Source: Anaeramoeba ignava BMAN
Taxonomy: Eukaryota > Protista > Anaeramoebae
Length of the DNA stretch: 64,000 bases
Assembly (NCBI GenBank): GCA_028826165.1
Contig: JAPDFW010000059.1
Coordinates: 1,240,001 to 1,304,000, forward strand
Direction: 5' to 3'
In this document: piece by piece, positions 1-12,373 of the stretch
Layout: every line of letters begins with the position of its first letter
Numbering within the stretch: the first letter of the stretch is position 1
Position numbers and translations under genes: made by a program
Notes under the pieces: generated by a model
Database searches by the model: none
Told to the model about the DNA's origin: nothing
The model's input: the letters and a program-made list of their open reading frames with translations, nothing else

Positions 1-2373
1 ACAAAAAATCAAAACAAATATAAAAGAAATTACAAATCAATTATCACAAATTCTAAATCAAAGATACAAAAAAAGAAATGATAATTTATTTCCAATGAAA
101 TGTGAAATAATTTCAAAAATACAAACAAGAAAAGGAATATTTGGATTTAGAGAAAATTTAATTTATTTTTTTGAAGAATTTGATTCACAAAAAGAAAAAG
201 AAAAAGAAAAAAAAGAATATAAATGGAAAATTAAAAATATTCAATCAATTTATAAAAGAAGATTTAATTTCAAATATTCAGGATTAGAAATATTTTTTGA
301 AAAAGAAAGAAAATTTATATTTTTCAATTTTGAGACAATGGAAAAAAGAGATGAAATTTATGAATATCTTCAAAATCATAAATTAAGAAATATTAATAAA
401 TCAAATTATTATCCAGGAAATAAACCAATAAAATGGAATGAAAAACAAATGACAAGAAAATGGCAAGAAAGAAAAATTACTAATTTCGAATATCTTATGT
501 ATTTAAACACAATATCAGGAAGAACATATCAAGATATTTCACAATATCCAATTTTCCCATGGATTATTTCTGATTATGAATCTAAAAAAATAAATCTTAA
601 TAATCCAAAAACATTTAGAGATTTATCAAAACCTATGGGATATTTGAATAATAAAATAATCATTCATTTTGAAAAATACCAAAAAAACGAAAAAGAGAAA
701 GAATTCCAATTCAATTATCTAAAGATGTATTCCAATCCAGAAATTGTTTCATCTTATTTGATTAGATTAGAACCATTTACCTCTATTTGTTTAAAAGAAA
801 AATATCCGATTTTCAAATCAATCCCAAAAACATGGAAAGCAATTCAAGAAAATGATGGAGATTATTTTATTGCAGAACTTACTCCAGAATTTTTTCATTT
901 ACCAGATTTTTTAAGAAAACAAAAAATATTCAAACATAAACATGAAAATTTAAATGAAAAAACAATTTTACAAGAAATTTCAAATGTTGAACTTCCAAAA
1001 TGGGCTAAAACAGCAGAAGATTTTATTCAAATTCAACAAGAAGCACTCGAATCAGAATATGTTTCAGAACATCTTAATGAATGGATTGATTTAATATTTG
1101 GATATAAACAAAAAGGAGAAGAAGCAAAAAAAGCATACAATTTATTTCATCCAAATTTGTATGAAGAAAATATTAATATTTTAAAAACAGAATCAATCCA
1201 AAAAGAAATTCAAAGAAAAGGACAAATTCCAATTCAATTATTTACACAAAAACACATAAAAAAATTAACAAAAGAGCAGATTGAACAAAAATATTTATTC
1301 AAACCTCGTTTTCCATTTCATTTATTTGAGTGGAAAAATATTTTATCAAATAAAAATTTCATTATCAATATAAAAAAATTCAAAATAAGTTCAAAATCTG
1401 TTATATTTATAAATTATTATGGAAATAAAGATTTAATTAATAAAGAAAATTCTTCTGTGTTACTTACAATTGATAAAGATGGTGAAATTAGAATTCAGAA
1501 GATTCGGTTAAATAACCCAAATGCAAACAAAAATGTTACCAATTTTACTTTTTGGATTGATACAAAAATTGAAGAAAAAAAAGGAAAAATTTGGATACCA
1601 TTTCAACAAGATTTAAATAATTTTCAAGGATATTTATCACTTGATCAAAATTGGAAATATTTAATTTGCTCAGGATTTAATGATAATAGTTTTAAAATAA
1701 TTGATACTGAAAATTATAAAATGATACAAAGTATTTCGAAACATAAAGATATTGTGAATTGTTTATCAACTGATTGGAAATATCTTGTTACAGGATCAAA
1801 AGATACAACAGTGATTGTTTGGAAAATTTATTCAAAAGAAAAGAAAAGTTAAAAGAAAATCCAAAACATATTTTTTTTGAACATGAAAAAGAAGTGAAAA
1901 GTGTAGCAATTTCAGTTGAATATGATATTGTATTAAGTGGATCTATTAATGGAGAATTAATATTTCATTCATTAAACAAAGGAAAACACATTCAAACAAT
2001 AATTTTATCAGATCAAGAACCAATTTCAATTATTAAAATAACCAAAGAAGGAAATATTATTACATTTTCACAAAATTCCAATATTTTAAGATTATTTACA
2101 ATTAATGGATATTTAGTAAAAGAAGTTATATGTTTACAAAATATTTATTCTATTTCAATTACTCCAGATTCTAAATTCTTATTTTTAGGAGGAGAAAAAG
2201 GAATTTTTGAAATTAGGAATATGTTTGATTTAAAAGGAATTAAAAATTTTGATTTAGAAGAAAAAATATATTCCATTTTAATTATTGAAAAAACATTTCT
2301 AGTTGTTATTGGATTATCAAATGGAGAATTAATTATTGGAAATTTTATTGAAAATTCATTTACAAAGAACTAA
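1..2373 (+). CDS. BEACH-domain (beige/neurobeachin-like) protein, PH-BEACH-WD40, 5'-partial; one apparent frameshift at ~1835-1850
   Basis: Frame is open from position 2. BEACH motifs: WQERKITNFEYLMYLNTISGRTYQDISQYPIFPW, ELTPEFF, LPKWA, ALESEYVSEHLNEWIDLIFGYKQKG. WD40 repeat (LVTGSKDTTVIVWK) continues in the 1774..2373 frame (ENPKHIFFEH...) across an AAAAGAAAAGAAAAG run. Confidence 0.9.
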
Positions 2374-2416
2374 GTTTTTTTTAAATTTTCTTTTCAAAAC
2401 AATTTATATAAAAAAA

Positions 2417-3055
2417 ATTAAAATCAAAATTCAAAATCAAAATCAAAATCAAAATAAAAATCAAAATCAAAATTAAAATCAAAATTAAAATCAAAATCAA
2501 AATCAAAATTAAAATCAAAATCAAAATCAAAATCAAAATTAAAATCAAAATCAAAATCAAAATCAAAATCAAAATTAAAATTAAAATTAAAATTAAAATT
2601 AAAATTAAAATTCAAATCAAAATTCAAAATCAAAATCAAAATCAAAATTAAAATTAATATTAAAATTAAAATTAAAATTAAAATCAAAATTAAAATCAAA
2701 ATCAAAATTAAAATTAAAATTAAAATTATAATCAAAATTAAAATTAAAATCAAAATCAAAATCAAAATAAAAATCAAAATCAAAAATCAAAATCAAAATC
2801 AAAATTAAAATTAAAATCAAAATCAAAATTAAAATTAAAATCAAAATCAAAAATAAAATTAAAATCAAAAATTAAAATTAAAATCAAAATTAAAATCAAA
2901 ATCAAAATCAAAATTAAAATCAAAATCAAAATTAAAATTTAAAATTAAAATCAAAATTAATATTAAAATTAAAATTAAAATCAAAATTAAAATTAAAATT
3001 AAAATCAAAATTAAAATCAAAATCAAAATCAAAATTAAAATCAAATTAAAAATTC
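2417..3055 (+). repeat. Intergenic (AAAATC/AAAATT)n hexamer microsatellite
   Basis: Directly visible; source of the spurious ILILIL/FDFNF ORFs. Confidence 0.95.
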
Positions 3056-3088
3056 CAAAATTATTTTTTTCATTTTTCTTTTTCAAAA

Positions 3089-4861
3089 ATGAATGAAATT
3101 TTATTTTTTGGTTCAAATTATTCAAAAATTTTCAAAAATAAACCAAATGAAATAACAAAACCAATTCAATTTAAATTTGAAAATGAAAATGAAAATGAAA
3201 AACAAATTAAACAAATTTCATCAGGAAGTTATTCAACAATTTTCCTTTTTAAAAATGGAAAAGCAATAGAACATTTAAGTGAAAATGATTCAAATCAAAA
3301 TCCTGAAAAAATCCAAATTGAAGAAAATATTCAAAAAGTAACTGTTGGTTGGGATAATGAAGCTATTTTAACAATAGAAGGAAATGTATTTGCCAAAGGA
3401 AGATATATTAATCCAAATAATTCAAAAGAATTTATCAATATTTCATCATTAATTGAAGATATAAATGATAGAATAATTGAAGATATTGTTTCTGGAGATG
3501 GTCCAATTTACTTATTAACTTCAAATCAAAATGCTTATGGAATTGGTTCAAATTTTTATAGTCAACTTGGTTTAGATTCTAAAACACTTGAAAAAACAAA
3601 AAAACCAATTTTAATGATGAAAAATGTTTCTAAAATATTTTCAGGAAATAACTCAAATCGTGTTTTTCTTTTAAATTCAAATCAAGAATTATTTGGATGT
3701 GGTGAAAATAGACATGGTAAACTTGGATTAGGAGAATCAAGAAAAAAAGAAGAAAAAATCCAAAAATTAACTAAAATCCAAAATATTCCAAAAGGCAAAA
3801 TAATTGATATTCAATGTGGAGCCGCTCATTCAATAATGTTGAGTGAAAATGAAAATCAAAATCCAAAAAGAAAACTTTATTCATGTGGAAGATATTTTTA
3901 TAATGGACTTGGCAAAATACTTGAAGACACTTATGAATTTACTGAAATCAAATCATCTTTATTTGAAAATGATGATGATTATATTCTTGAAATTTCTGTT
4001 GGAAATTTTCATACTTTGATTTTAACTTCCAAATCAAAATTGATTGGATTTGGGCATAATAAATATTCTCAATTAGGAAATGGAGATACAGAAAATCAAT
4101 TAACTCCAATTCAAATTGAACTTCCTAAATTAAGATTTAATGAAAATATTTCTAATTATCATCTTTCTTGTGGAGAATTCAGATCATTTATTTATTATTC
4201 TTTTCATTCTTTTTCCAATCTTGAAGGAGATTTGATAAAACTATTTGGAAGAAAAGAATTTTGCGATATTTCATTTAAAACCGAAAATGGAGAAATAATC
4301 AAAGCTCATAAATTAATATTGAAATATAGATTAAATCAAAATCAAAATGAAATTGAAAAACTTGAAGAAATTATTTCAAAAAAATCAATTAAAGAATCAA
4401 ATCAAATATTTGAAATGATTTATTCAAACAATTCCAAAATAAATCCAATATTATATTCTGAAATTAAAGAAATTATAAATTCAAATGAAAAAATAGAAGA
4501 AACAATGAAAAGAATTTATTTAAATGAAAATGAAAAAGATTTTATTATTGAAAGAAAAGAAAAACAATATAAATTTCCTAAATTAATATTAATAATGAGA
4601 AGTGAATTATATCGAGGAATGTTTTTATCTGTAACAAATGATACTTCTAATAAAGTTACAGATTATAGTGAATTAAGTAATAAATCATTTCAAATATTTG
4701 AATATTGGATTTATTCAAATCAAATTAAAGATGAAATTGAGATTACAAAAGAAATAATTGATGAAATTCAAATTGGAATTGATTATTTTCAATTAAATCA
4801 AACAAATCCAAATTTATTTGATTTATTAATTAACAAATTTAATAATCAAAATCAAAATTAA
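3089..4861 (+). CDS. RCC1-like beta-propeller + C-terminal BTB/POZ protein (paralogue 1)
   Basis: RCC1 blades (GSNFYSQLG, GENRHGKLG, ISVGNFHTLIL, GHNKYSQLG) followed by BTB motifs (FCDISF...IKAHKLIL; DFII...LIMRSELYRGMF; FEYWIYSN). Intronless 590-aa ORF. Confidence 0.9.
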   Translation: MNEILFFGSNYSKIFKNKPNEITKPIQFKFENENENEKQIKQISSGSYSTIFLFKNGKAIEHLSENDSNQNPEKIQIEENIQKVTVGWDNEAILTIEGNVFAKGRYINPNNSKEFINISSLIEDINDRIIEDIVSGDGPIYLLTSNQNAYGIGSNFYSQLGLDSKTLEKTKKPILMMKNVSKIFSGNNSNRVFLLNSNQELFGCGENRHGKLGLGESRKKEEKIQKLTKIQNIPKGKIIDIQCGAAHSIMLSENENQNPKRKLYSCGRYFYNGLGKILEDTYEFTEIKSSLFENDDDYILEISVGNFHTLILTSKSKLIGFGHNKYSQLGNGDTENQLTPIQIELPKLRFNENISNYHLSCGEFRSFIYYSFHSFSNLEGDLIKLFGRKEFCDISFKTENGEIIKAHKLILKYRLNQNQNEIEKLEEIISKKSIKESNQIFEMIYSNNSKINPILYSEIKEIINSNEKIEETMKRIYLNENEKDFIIERKEKQYKFPKLILIMRSELYRGMFLSVTNDTSNKVTDYSELSNKSFQIFEYWIYSNQIKDEIEITKEIIDEIQIGIDYFQLNQTNPNLFDLLINKFNNQNQN

Positions 4862-5432
4862 AATCAAAATTCAAAATTAAAATTAAAATTAAAATTAAAA
4901 TTAAAATTAAAATTAAAATTAAAATCAAAATTAAAATTAAAATTAAAATTAAAATTAAAATTAAAATTAAAATTAAAATTAAAATTAAAATTAAAAATTA
5001 AAATTAAAATCAAAATTAAAATTAAAATTAAAATTAAAATCAAAATCAAAATTAAAATTAAAATTAAAATTAAAATTAAAATTAAAATTAAAATTAAAAT
5101 TAAAATTAAAATTAAAATTAAAATTAAAATTAAAATTAAAATTAAAATTAAAATCAAAATTAAAATTAAAATTAAAATCAAAATTAAAATTAAAATTAAA
5201 ATTAAAATTAAAATTAAAATTAAAATCAAAATTAAAATTAAAATCAAAATTAAAATCAAAATTAAAATTAAAATTAAAATTAAAATCAAAATTAAAATTA
5301 AAATCAAAATTAAAATCAAAATTCCAAAATTAAATTAAAATTAAAATTAAAATTAAAATCAAAATTAAAATTAAAATTAAAATCAAATTCAAAATCAAAA
5401 TTAAAATTAAAATTAAAATTAAAATTAAAATT
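4845..5432 (+). repeat. Intergenic (AAAATT/AAAATC)n microsatellite
   Basis: Directly visible; begins within the last NQNQN codons of the RCC1-BTB gene. Confidence 0.95.
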
Positions 5433-5467
5433 CCAAAATTATTTTTTTCATTTTTTTCTTTTCAAAA

Positions 5468-7267
5468 ATGAATGATTGTTTATTTTTTGGAAGAAATATT
5501 TTACCAAAACTTTTCGAAAATGAACCAGAAAAAATAACAAAACCAATTCAATTTAAATTTGAAAATGAAAATGAAAATGAAAATGAAAAACAAATTAAAC
5601 AAATTAAACAAATTTCATCAGGAAGTTATTCAACAATTTTCCTTTTTAAAAATGGAAAAGCAATAGAACATTTAAGTGAAAATGATTCAAAACAAAATCC
5701 TGAAAAAATCCAAATTGAAGAAAATATTCAAAAAGTAACTGTTGGTGATCAAAATGAAGCTATTTTAACAAAAGAAGGAAATGTATTTGCCAAAGGAGAA
5801 AATATTAATCCAAATAATCCAAAAGAATTTATCAATATTTCATCATTAATTGAAGATACAAATGATAGAATAATTCAAGATATTGTTTCTGGAGATAGTT
5901 CAATTTACTTATTAACTTCAAATCAAAATGCTTATGGATTTGGTTCAAATGATTATGGTCAACTTGGTTTTGATTCTGAAACACTTAATAAAACAAAAAA
6001 ACCAATTTTAATGATGAAAAATGTTTCTAAAATATTTTCAGGAAATAACTCAAATCGTGTTTTTCTTTTAAATTCAAATCAAGAATTATTTGGATGTGGT
6101 GAAAATAGACATGGTAAACTTGGAATAGGAGAATCAAGAAAAGAAGAAACAAAAATCCAAAAATTAACCAAAATCCAAAATATTCCAAAAGGCAAAATAA
6201 TTGATATTCAATGTGGATATACTCATTCAATAATGTTGATTGAAATTGAAAATCAAAATTCAAAAAGAAAAATTTATTCATGTGGAAGATATTTTTTTAA
6301 TGGACTTGGCAAAATACTTGAAGACACTTATGAATTTACTGAAATCAAATCATCTTTATTTGAAAATGATGATGATTATATTCTTGAAATTTCTGTTGGA
6401 AATTTTCATACTTTGATTTTAACTTCCAATTCAAAATTAATTGGATTTGGGCATAATGAATATTCTCAATTAGGAACTGGAGATTCTAAAAGTTTACAAC
6501 CAATTCCAATTCAAATTGAACTTCCTAAATTAAGATTTAATGAAAATATTTCTAATTATCATATTTCTTGTGGATATCACAAATCATTTCTTTATTATTC
6601 TTTTCATTCTTTTTCCAATCTTGAAGAAGATTTGATAAAATTATTTGAAAGAAAAGAATTTTGTGATATTTCATTTAAAACCAAAAATGGAGAAATAATC
6701 AAAGCTCATAAATTAATATTGAAATATAGATTAAATCAAAATGAAAATGAAATTGAAAAACTTCAAGAAATTATTTCAAAAAAATCAATTAAAGAATCAA
6801 ATCAAATATTTGAAATGATTTATTCAAACAATTCCAAAATAAATCCAAAATTATATTCTGAAATTAAAGAAATTATAAATTCAAATGAAAAAATAGAAGA
6901 AACAATGAAAAGAATTTATTTAAATGAAAATGAAAATGAAAATGAAAAAGATTTTATAATTGAAAGAAAAGAAAAACAATATAAATTTCCTAAATTAATA
7001 TTAATAATGAGAAGTGAATTATATCGAGGAATGTTTTTATCTGTTACAAATGATAAATCAAATAAAGTTACAGATTATAGTGAATTAAGTAATAAATCAT
7101 TTCAAATATTTGAATATTGGATTTATTCAAATCAAATTAAAGATGAAATTGAAATTACACAAGAAATAATTAATGAAATTGAAATTGGAATTGATTATTT
7201 TCAATTAAATCAAACAAATCCAAATTTATTTGATTTATTAATTAAGAAATTTAATAATCAAAATTAA
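5468..7267 (+). CDS. RCC1-like + BTB/POZ protein (paralogue 2, tandem duplicate)
   Basis: 599-aa ORF, highly similar along its length to 3089..4861. Confidence 0.9.
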   Translation: MNDCLFFGRNILPKLFENEPEKITKPIQFKFENENENENEKQIKQIKQISSGSYSTIFLFKNGKAIEHLSENDSKQNPEKIQIEENIQKVTVGDQNEAILTKEGNVFAKGENINPNNPKEFINISSLIEDTNDRIIQDIVSGDSSIYLLTSNQNAYGFGSNDYGQLGFDSETLNKTKKPILMMKNVSKIFSGNNSNRVFLLNSNQELFGCGENRHGKLGIGESRKEETKIQKLTKIQNIPKGKIIDIQCGYTHSIMLIEIENQNSKRKIYSCGRYFFNGLGKILEDTYEFTEIKSSLFENDDDYILEISVGNFHTLILTSNSKLIGFGHNEYSQLGTGDSKSLQPIPIQIELPKLRFNENISNYHISCGYHKSFLYYSFHSFSNLEEDLIKLFERKEFCDISFKTKNGEIIKAHKLILKYRLNQNENEIEKLQEIISKKSIKESNQIFEMIYSNNSKINPKLYSEIKEIINSNEKIEETMKRIYLNENENENEKDFIIERKEKQYKFPKLILIMRSELYRGMFLSVTNDKSNKVTDYSELSNKSFQIFEYWIYSNQIKDEIEITQEIINEIEIGIDYFQLNQTNPNLFDLLIKKFNNQN

Positions 7268-7400
7268 ATTCAAATTAAAATTAAAATTAAAATTATTTTG
7301 TTTTTCCTAAATTTTTTTATTGATTGTTTTCCAAATTTTTCTTTTTAAATGATTTTGAAAGAAATTAAGAAAAGAAATTATCCAATTTTAGTTTTTAATT

Positions 7401-9756
7401 TTAATCTAATTTCTTTTCTACATCATTATCATTATCATTATCACTATCACCTTATCATTATCACTATCATTATCATTATCACTTTCATTATCACTTTCAT
7501 TATCACTTTCATTTTTGTTTTTGTTTTTGTGGCTTTTTGAATGATTATGATGAGAATGATGTTTATGATGTTTTTTCTCTTTTGTTCTTTCTTTATTTTT
7601 GTGACGAGGTGAACGATCTCTTTCTTCCTCTTTTTTGTGTTTATGTTTGTGCTTGTGTTTATGTTTGTGTTTGTGTTTATGTTTATGCTTTTTTTTATCA
7701 CTTTCAATAACATTAGAATTCGAAACATTCATTTGAGAAAATTGTTGATTCATTAGATTTGGATTTGGAAATTGAATTGGAATTGGATATTGATTTGGAT
7801 TTTGAAATTGATTTGGATTTGGATTTCGAAATCTAGTTGGACTTGGATCTTGATTTTGACTTAGATTTCGCATTGGGTTTGGATTTCGAAATCTAGTTGG
7901 ACTTGGATCTTGATTTTGACTTGGGCTTGGATCTGGATTTGGATTTGGAAATTCAAATTTCTTTGAATTTGGATCTGGAATTGGAATCGGAATTTGGATT
8001 TGGATTTGGATTTGGATATTGATTTGGATATTGATTTGGAAATTGATTTGGAAATTGATTTGGAAATTGATTTTGAAATTGATTTTGATATTGATTTGGA
8101 TATTGTTTTGGAAATTGTTTTGGAAATCGTTTTGGATATTGTTTTGGAAATTGTTTTTCAAAAAGTTTGTTTGCATTAATATGTTGGAATTTGCAGTTAT
8201 TTACTTTACAATTTCCAGACTTATAATAAAATTTGCAAAAGTCTAATTCCATTGATTTCAAAAAAGATTCATCAACATTTGGATTTGATAAAAATAATTT
8301 TGGATTTGGATGTGAATATTGGCAATTCTCATCAGTACATCCAAGTGGATTTTCTTTTTTATTCATCAATTTAGGACAAATTTGATGAATAATTTTAATT
8401 TCACGACTAGGAGGTTCTAGAATATTACTTTTTCGTTCATTACGTTGATAATTATTACGTTGATAATTATTACGTTGATAATTGTTACGTTGATTATCAT
8501 TACGCTTAGGGAAATTACGTTGATAATCATTACTTTTATTATATTTACGTTGATGATAATTACTTTGATCATGTTTTTGTTTTCCTTTTTCAATATAATT
8601 ATCTTGATAAAGTTTCTTTTCTTTTTCATTCAATTTAATATGTTGGAATTTGCATTTATTTATTTTGCAATTTCCAAATTCACAATAATAACTGCAAAAA
8701 TTTCTTTTCATTGATTTCAAAAAAGATTCATCAATATTTGGATTTGATTGAATCATTTTTGGATTTGGATGTGCATATTTGCAATTCTCATCATTGCATT
8801 CAAGTTTTTCTTTATTTTTGAGTTGTTTTATAAAAGTAGGACAAATTTCTGGTATAATTCTAATTGAACTATCACGAGCAGCTAATTTATGAACTTTTCC
8901 TCTTTCTTTTTTGTTCTTCTTCAAAATTTATTCCTTTAATATTAATATGTTGAAATTCGCAATTCTTTTTTTTGCAATTTCCATTTTTATAATAAAATTC
9001 ACAAAATTTTCTTTTCATTGATTTCAAAAAAGATTCATCAACATTTGGATTTGATAAAAGTAATTTTGGATTTGGATGTGAATATTTGCAATTCTCATCA
9101 GTACATCCAAGTGGATTTTCTTTTTTATTCAACAATTTAGGACAAATTTGATGATTTAAATTCTGTTTTTTAAATGGATCTGAAATTAGTTTTTGTCGAT
9201 TTAAAAAATTAAAAGGATTGAATAAATCTTTTACACTTTTATTATCTTCTTCATAAATTTTAACTGGATCTTTTCTGATAAAATCTAATTTTTGTATGAT
9301 GTTGAAATGGACAATTTGGATCTGAGCATTTTCTAGTTTGAGCATATTCAGAACAAACTGTATCTTTCATATTCAAATCACATAAAAAAAAACTATTTCT
9401 TTTTGTTTCTAAATCTCGATATTTTCTTTTATGATCTGCTTTTTCAATTAATGTTTCATAAAATTTATTATTTGGATTAACATCTATTTTTTTAATAAAA
9501 AAAAATAAAAGAAAAGAGGAAAAAAAATTATTTTTTTAATTATTTTAATTTAATTTATTTTAATTTAATTTAATTTATTTTATTTACGTTGATAAGGACA
9601 ATTAGGGTCATCGCATTCTCCAAATTTAAGTATTTTTAAACATAATATCTTATTTGGTGGATGTAAATTGTTATCTCTTTTTTTAATATGCTTTTCTTTA
9701 TGACACCATTTTTTTTTGATTAAATGTTTGCAAATCAAATTTCTTTTTATTTCCAT
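7401..9756 (-). CDS. Multi-CCCH zinc-finger protein, array copy A (exon 1 9756-9588, intron 9587-9484, exon 2 9483-7401; ~4 apparent frameshifts)
   Basis: GT-AG splice completes the finger CLKILKFGECDDPNCPYQ|H. Repeated ICP...C...C...HPNP and C..YY..G.C....C.FQH fingers are spread over ORFs 8887-9345, 7953-8924 and 7418-8176. The VEKKLD* ending matches copy B. Confidence 0.8.
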
Positions 9757-9856
9757 TTCAACTTATTATTATTTTATTTTTATTGTGTTTTTTTTTTTGA
9801 AATTAAAAATGAAAAAAAAAAAATGAAAAAAATGAATTTTGTTTAATTTTTTTTTT

Positions 9857-9933
9857 AAATCAAAATCAAAATCAAAATCAAAATCAAAATCAAAATCAAA
9901 ATCAAAATCAAAATCAAAATCAAAATCAAAATC
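9857..9933 (+). repeat. (CAAAAT)n microsatellite between CCCH copies A and B
   Basis: Perfect hexamer run at the junction of the duplicated units. Confidence 0.9.
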
Positions 9934-10027
9934 TTAATTTTTTTTATTGATTGTTTTCCAAATTTTTCTTTTTAAATGATTTTGAAAGAAATTAAGAAAA
10001 GAAATTATCCAATTTTAGTTTTTAATT

Positions 10028-12116
10028 TTAATCTAATTTCTTCTCTACACCATTTTCACTTTCATTTTTATTTTTGTTTTTGTGACTTTTTGAATGATTA
10101 TGATGAGAATGATGTTTATGATGTTTTTTCTCTTTTGTTCTTTCTTTATTTTTGTGACGAGGTGAACGATCTCTTTCTTCCTCTTTTTTGTGTTTGTGTT
10201 TGTGTTTATGTTTATGTTTTTTTTTATCACTTTCAATAACATTAGAATTCGAAACATTCATTTGAGAAAATTGTTGATTCATTAGATTTGGATTTGGAAA
10301 TTCAAATTTCTTTAAATTTGGATCTGGAATTGGAATCGGAATTGGATTTTGAAATCTGGTTGGACTTGAATATTGATATTGATATTGATATTGATTTGGA
10401 ATTGGATTTTGATTTTGATTTTGATTTTGATTTTGATTTGTATATTGATTTGGATATTGATTTGTAAATTGATTTGGATATTGATTTGGATATTGATTTG
10501 GATATTGATTTGGATATTGTTTTTCAGAAATTTTGTTTGCATTAATATGTTGGAATTTGCAGTTATTTACTTTACAATTTCCAAACTTATAATAAAATTT
10601 GCAAAAGTCTAATTTCATTGATTTCAAAAAATATTCATCAACATTTGGATTTGATTGAATCAATTTTTGGATTTGGATGTGAATATTGGCAATTCTCATC
10701 AGTACATCCAAGTGGATTTTCTTTTTTATTCAACAATTTAGGACAAATTTGATGAATAATTTTAATTTCACGACTAGGAGGTTCTGGAATATTACTTTTT
10801 CGTTCATTACGTTGATAATTATTACGTTGATAATTGTTACGTTGATGATAATTACTTTGATGATAATTACTTTGATGATAATTACGTTGATAATCATTAC
10901 TTTTATTATATTTACGTTGATGATAATTACTTTGATCATGTTTTTGTTTTCCTTTTTCAATATATTTATCTTGATAAAGTTTCTTTTCTTTTTCATTCAA
11001 TTTAATATGTTGGAATTTGCATTTATTTATTTTGCAATTTCCAAATTCACAATAATAACTGCAAAAATTTCTTTTCATTGATTTCAAAAAAGATTCATCA
11101 ATATTCGGATTTGATTGAATCATTTTTGGATTTGGATGTGCATATTTGCAATTCTCATCATTGCATTCAAGTTTTTCTTTATTTTTGAGTTGTTTTATAA
11201 AAGTAGGACAAATTTCTGGTATAATTCTAATTGAACTATCGCGAGCAGCTAATTTATGAACTTTTCCTCTTTCTTCTTGTTCTTCTTCTTTTTCGGAATT
11301 TATTCCTTTAATATTAATATGTTGGAATTTGCAATCAATAACTTTGCATTTTCCTTTATGATGAAAATTAGTACAAAATTCTCTTTTCATTGATTCTAAA
11401 AAATTTGATTTAATTGGTTCATCTAATTGAATTAATTCTGGATTTGGATGTGCATATTTACAATTTACATCAGTACATCCAAGTGGATTTTCTTTTTTGT
11501 TATTCAATTTAGGACAAATTTGATGATTTAAATTCTGTTTTTTAAATGGATCTGAAATTAGTTTTTGTCGATTTAAAAAATTAAAAGGATTGAATAAATC
11601 TCTTAATATTTGAACATTTTCTTGATAAGTTCTAACTGGATCTTTTCTGATAAAATCTAATTTTGTATGATGTTGAAATGGACAATTTGGATCTGAACAT
11701 TTTCTAGTTTGAGCATATTCAGAACAAACTGTATCTTTCATATTCAAATCACATAAAAAAAAACTATTTCTTTTTGTTTCTAAATCTCGATATTTTCTTT
11801 TATGATCTGCTTTTTCAATTAATGTTTCATAAAATTTATTATTTGGATTAACATCTATTTTTTTAATAAAAAAAAAATAAAAGAAAAGAGGAAAAAAAAT
11901 TATTTTAATTTATTTTAATTTATTTTATTTTATTTTATTTTATTTACGTTGATAAGGACAATTAGGGTCATCGCATGCTCCAAATTTAAGTATTTTTAAA
12001 CATAATATCTTATTTGGTGGATGTAAATTGTTATCTCTTTTTTTAATATGCTTTTCTTTATGACACCATTTTTTTTTGATTAAATGTTTGCAAATCAAAT
12101 TTCTTTTTATTTCCAT
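10028..12116 (-). CDS. Multi-CCCH zinc-finger protein, copy B (exon 1 12116-11948, exon 2 11854-10028; 1 apparent frameshift ~10660)
   Basis: Near-identical to copy A including intron and flanks; ORFs 10638-11747 and 10028-10711. Confidence 0.85.
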
Positions 12117-12373
12117 TTCAACTTATTATTATTATTATTTTTATTTTGTTTTTTTTTTTTGAAATTAAAAATGAAAAAAAAAAATGAAAAAAATGAATTT
12201 TGTTTAATTTTTTTTTAAATTCAAAAAAATCAAAAAAGTAGACAGTTTTATTTTTAAATTAAATTAAAATTATTTTTTTGATCAATTTTTTTTTATTGAT
12301 TATTTTTTTATTGATTATTTTTGAAAAGAAAAATTAAGAAAAAAAATTAAGAAATTAGTTTTTAATTTGGCTT

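Noticed and set aside
1774-1852. Programmed ribosomal frameshift in the BEACH gene
   Set aside because: No evident stimulatory structure; adding one A restores KEKEK; similar indels occur in essential genes, so assembly error is more likely.
2381-5319. ORFs of ILILIL/FDFNF (also 32066-33192 and 62272-62602)
   Set aside because: Translations of stop-free hexamer microsatellites in intergenic DNA or introns.
2417-5432. Interstitial telomeric repeats
   Set aside because: Units are degenerate AT hexamers lacking a G-rich strand and occur throughout the window.
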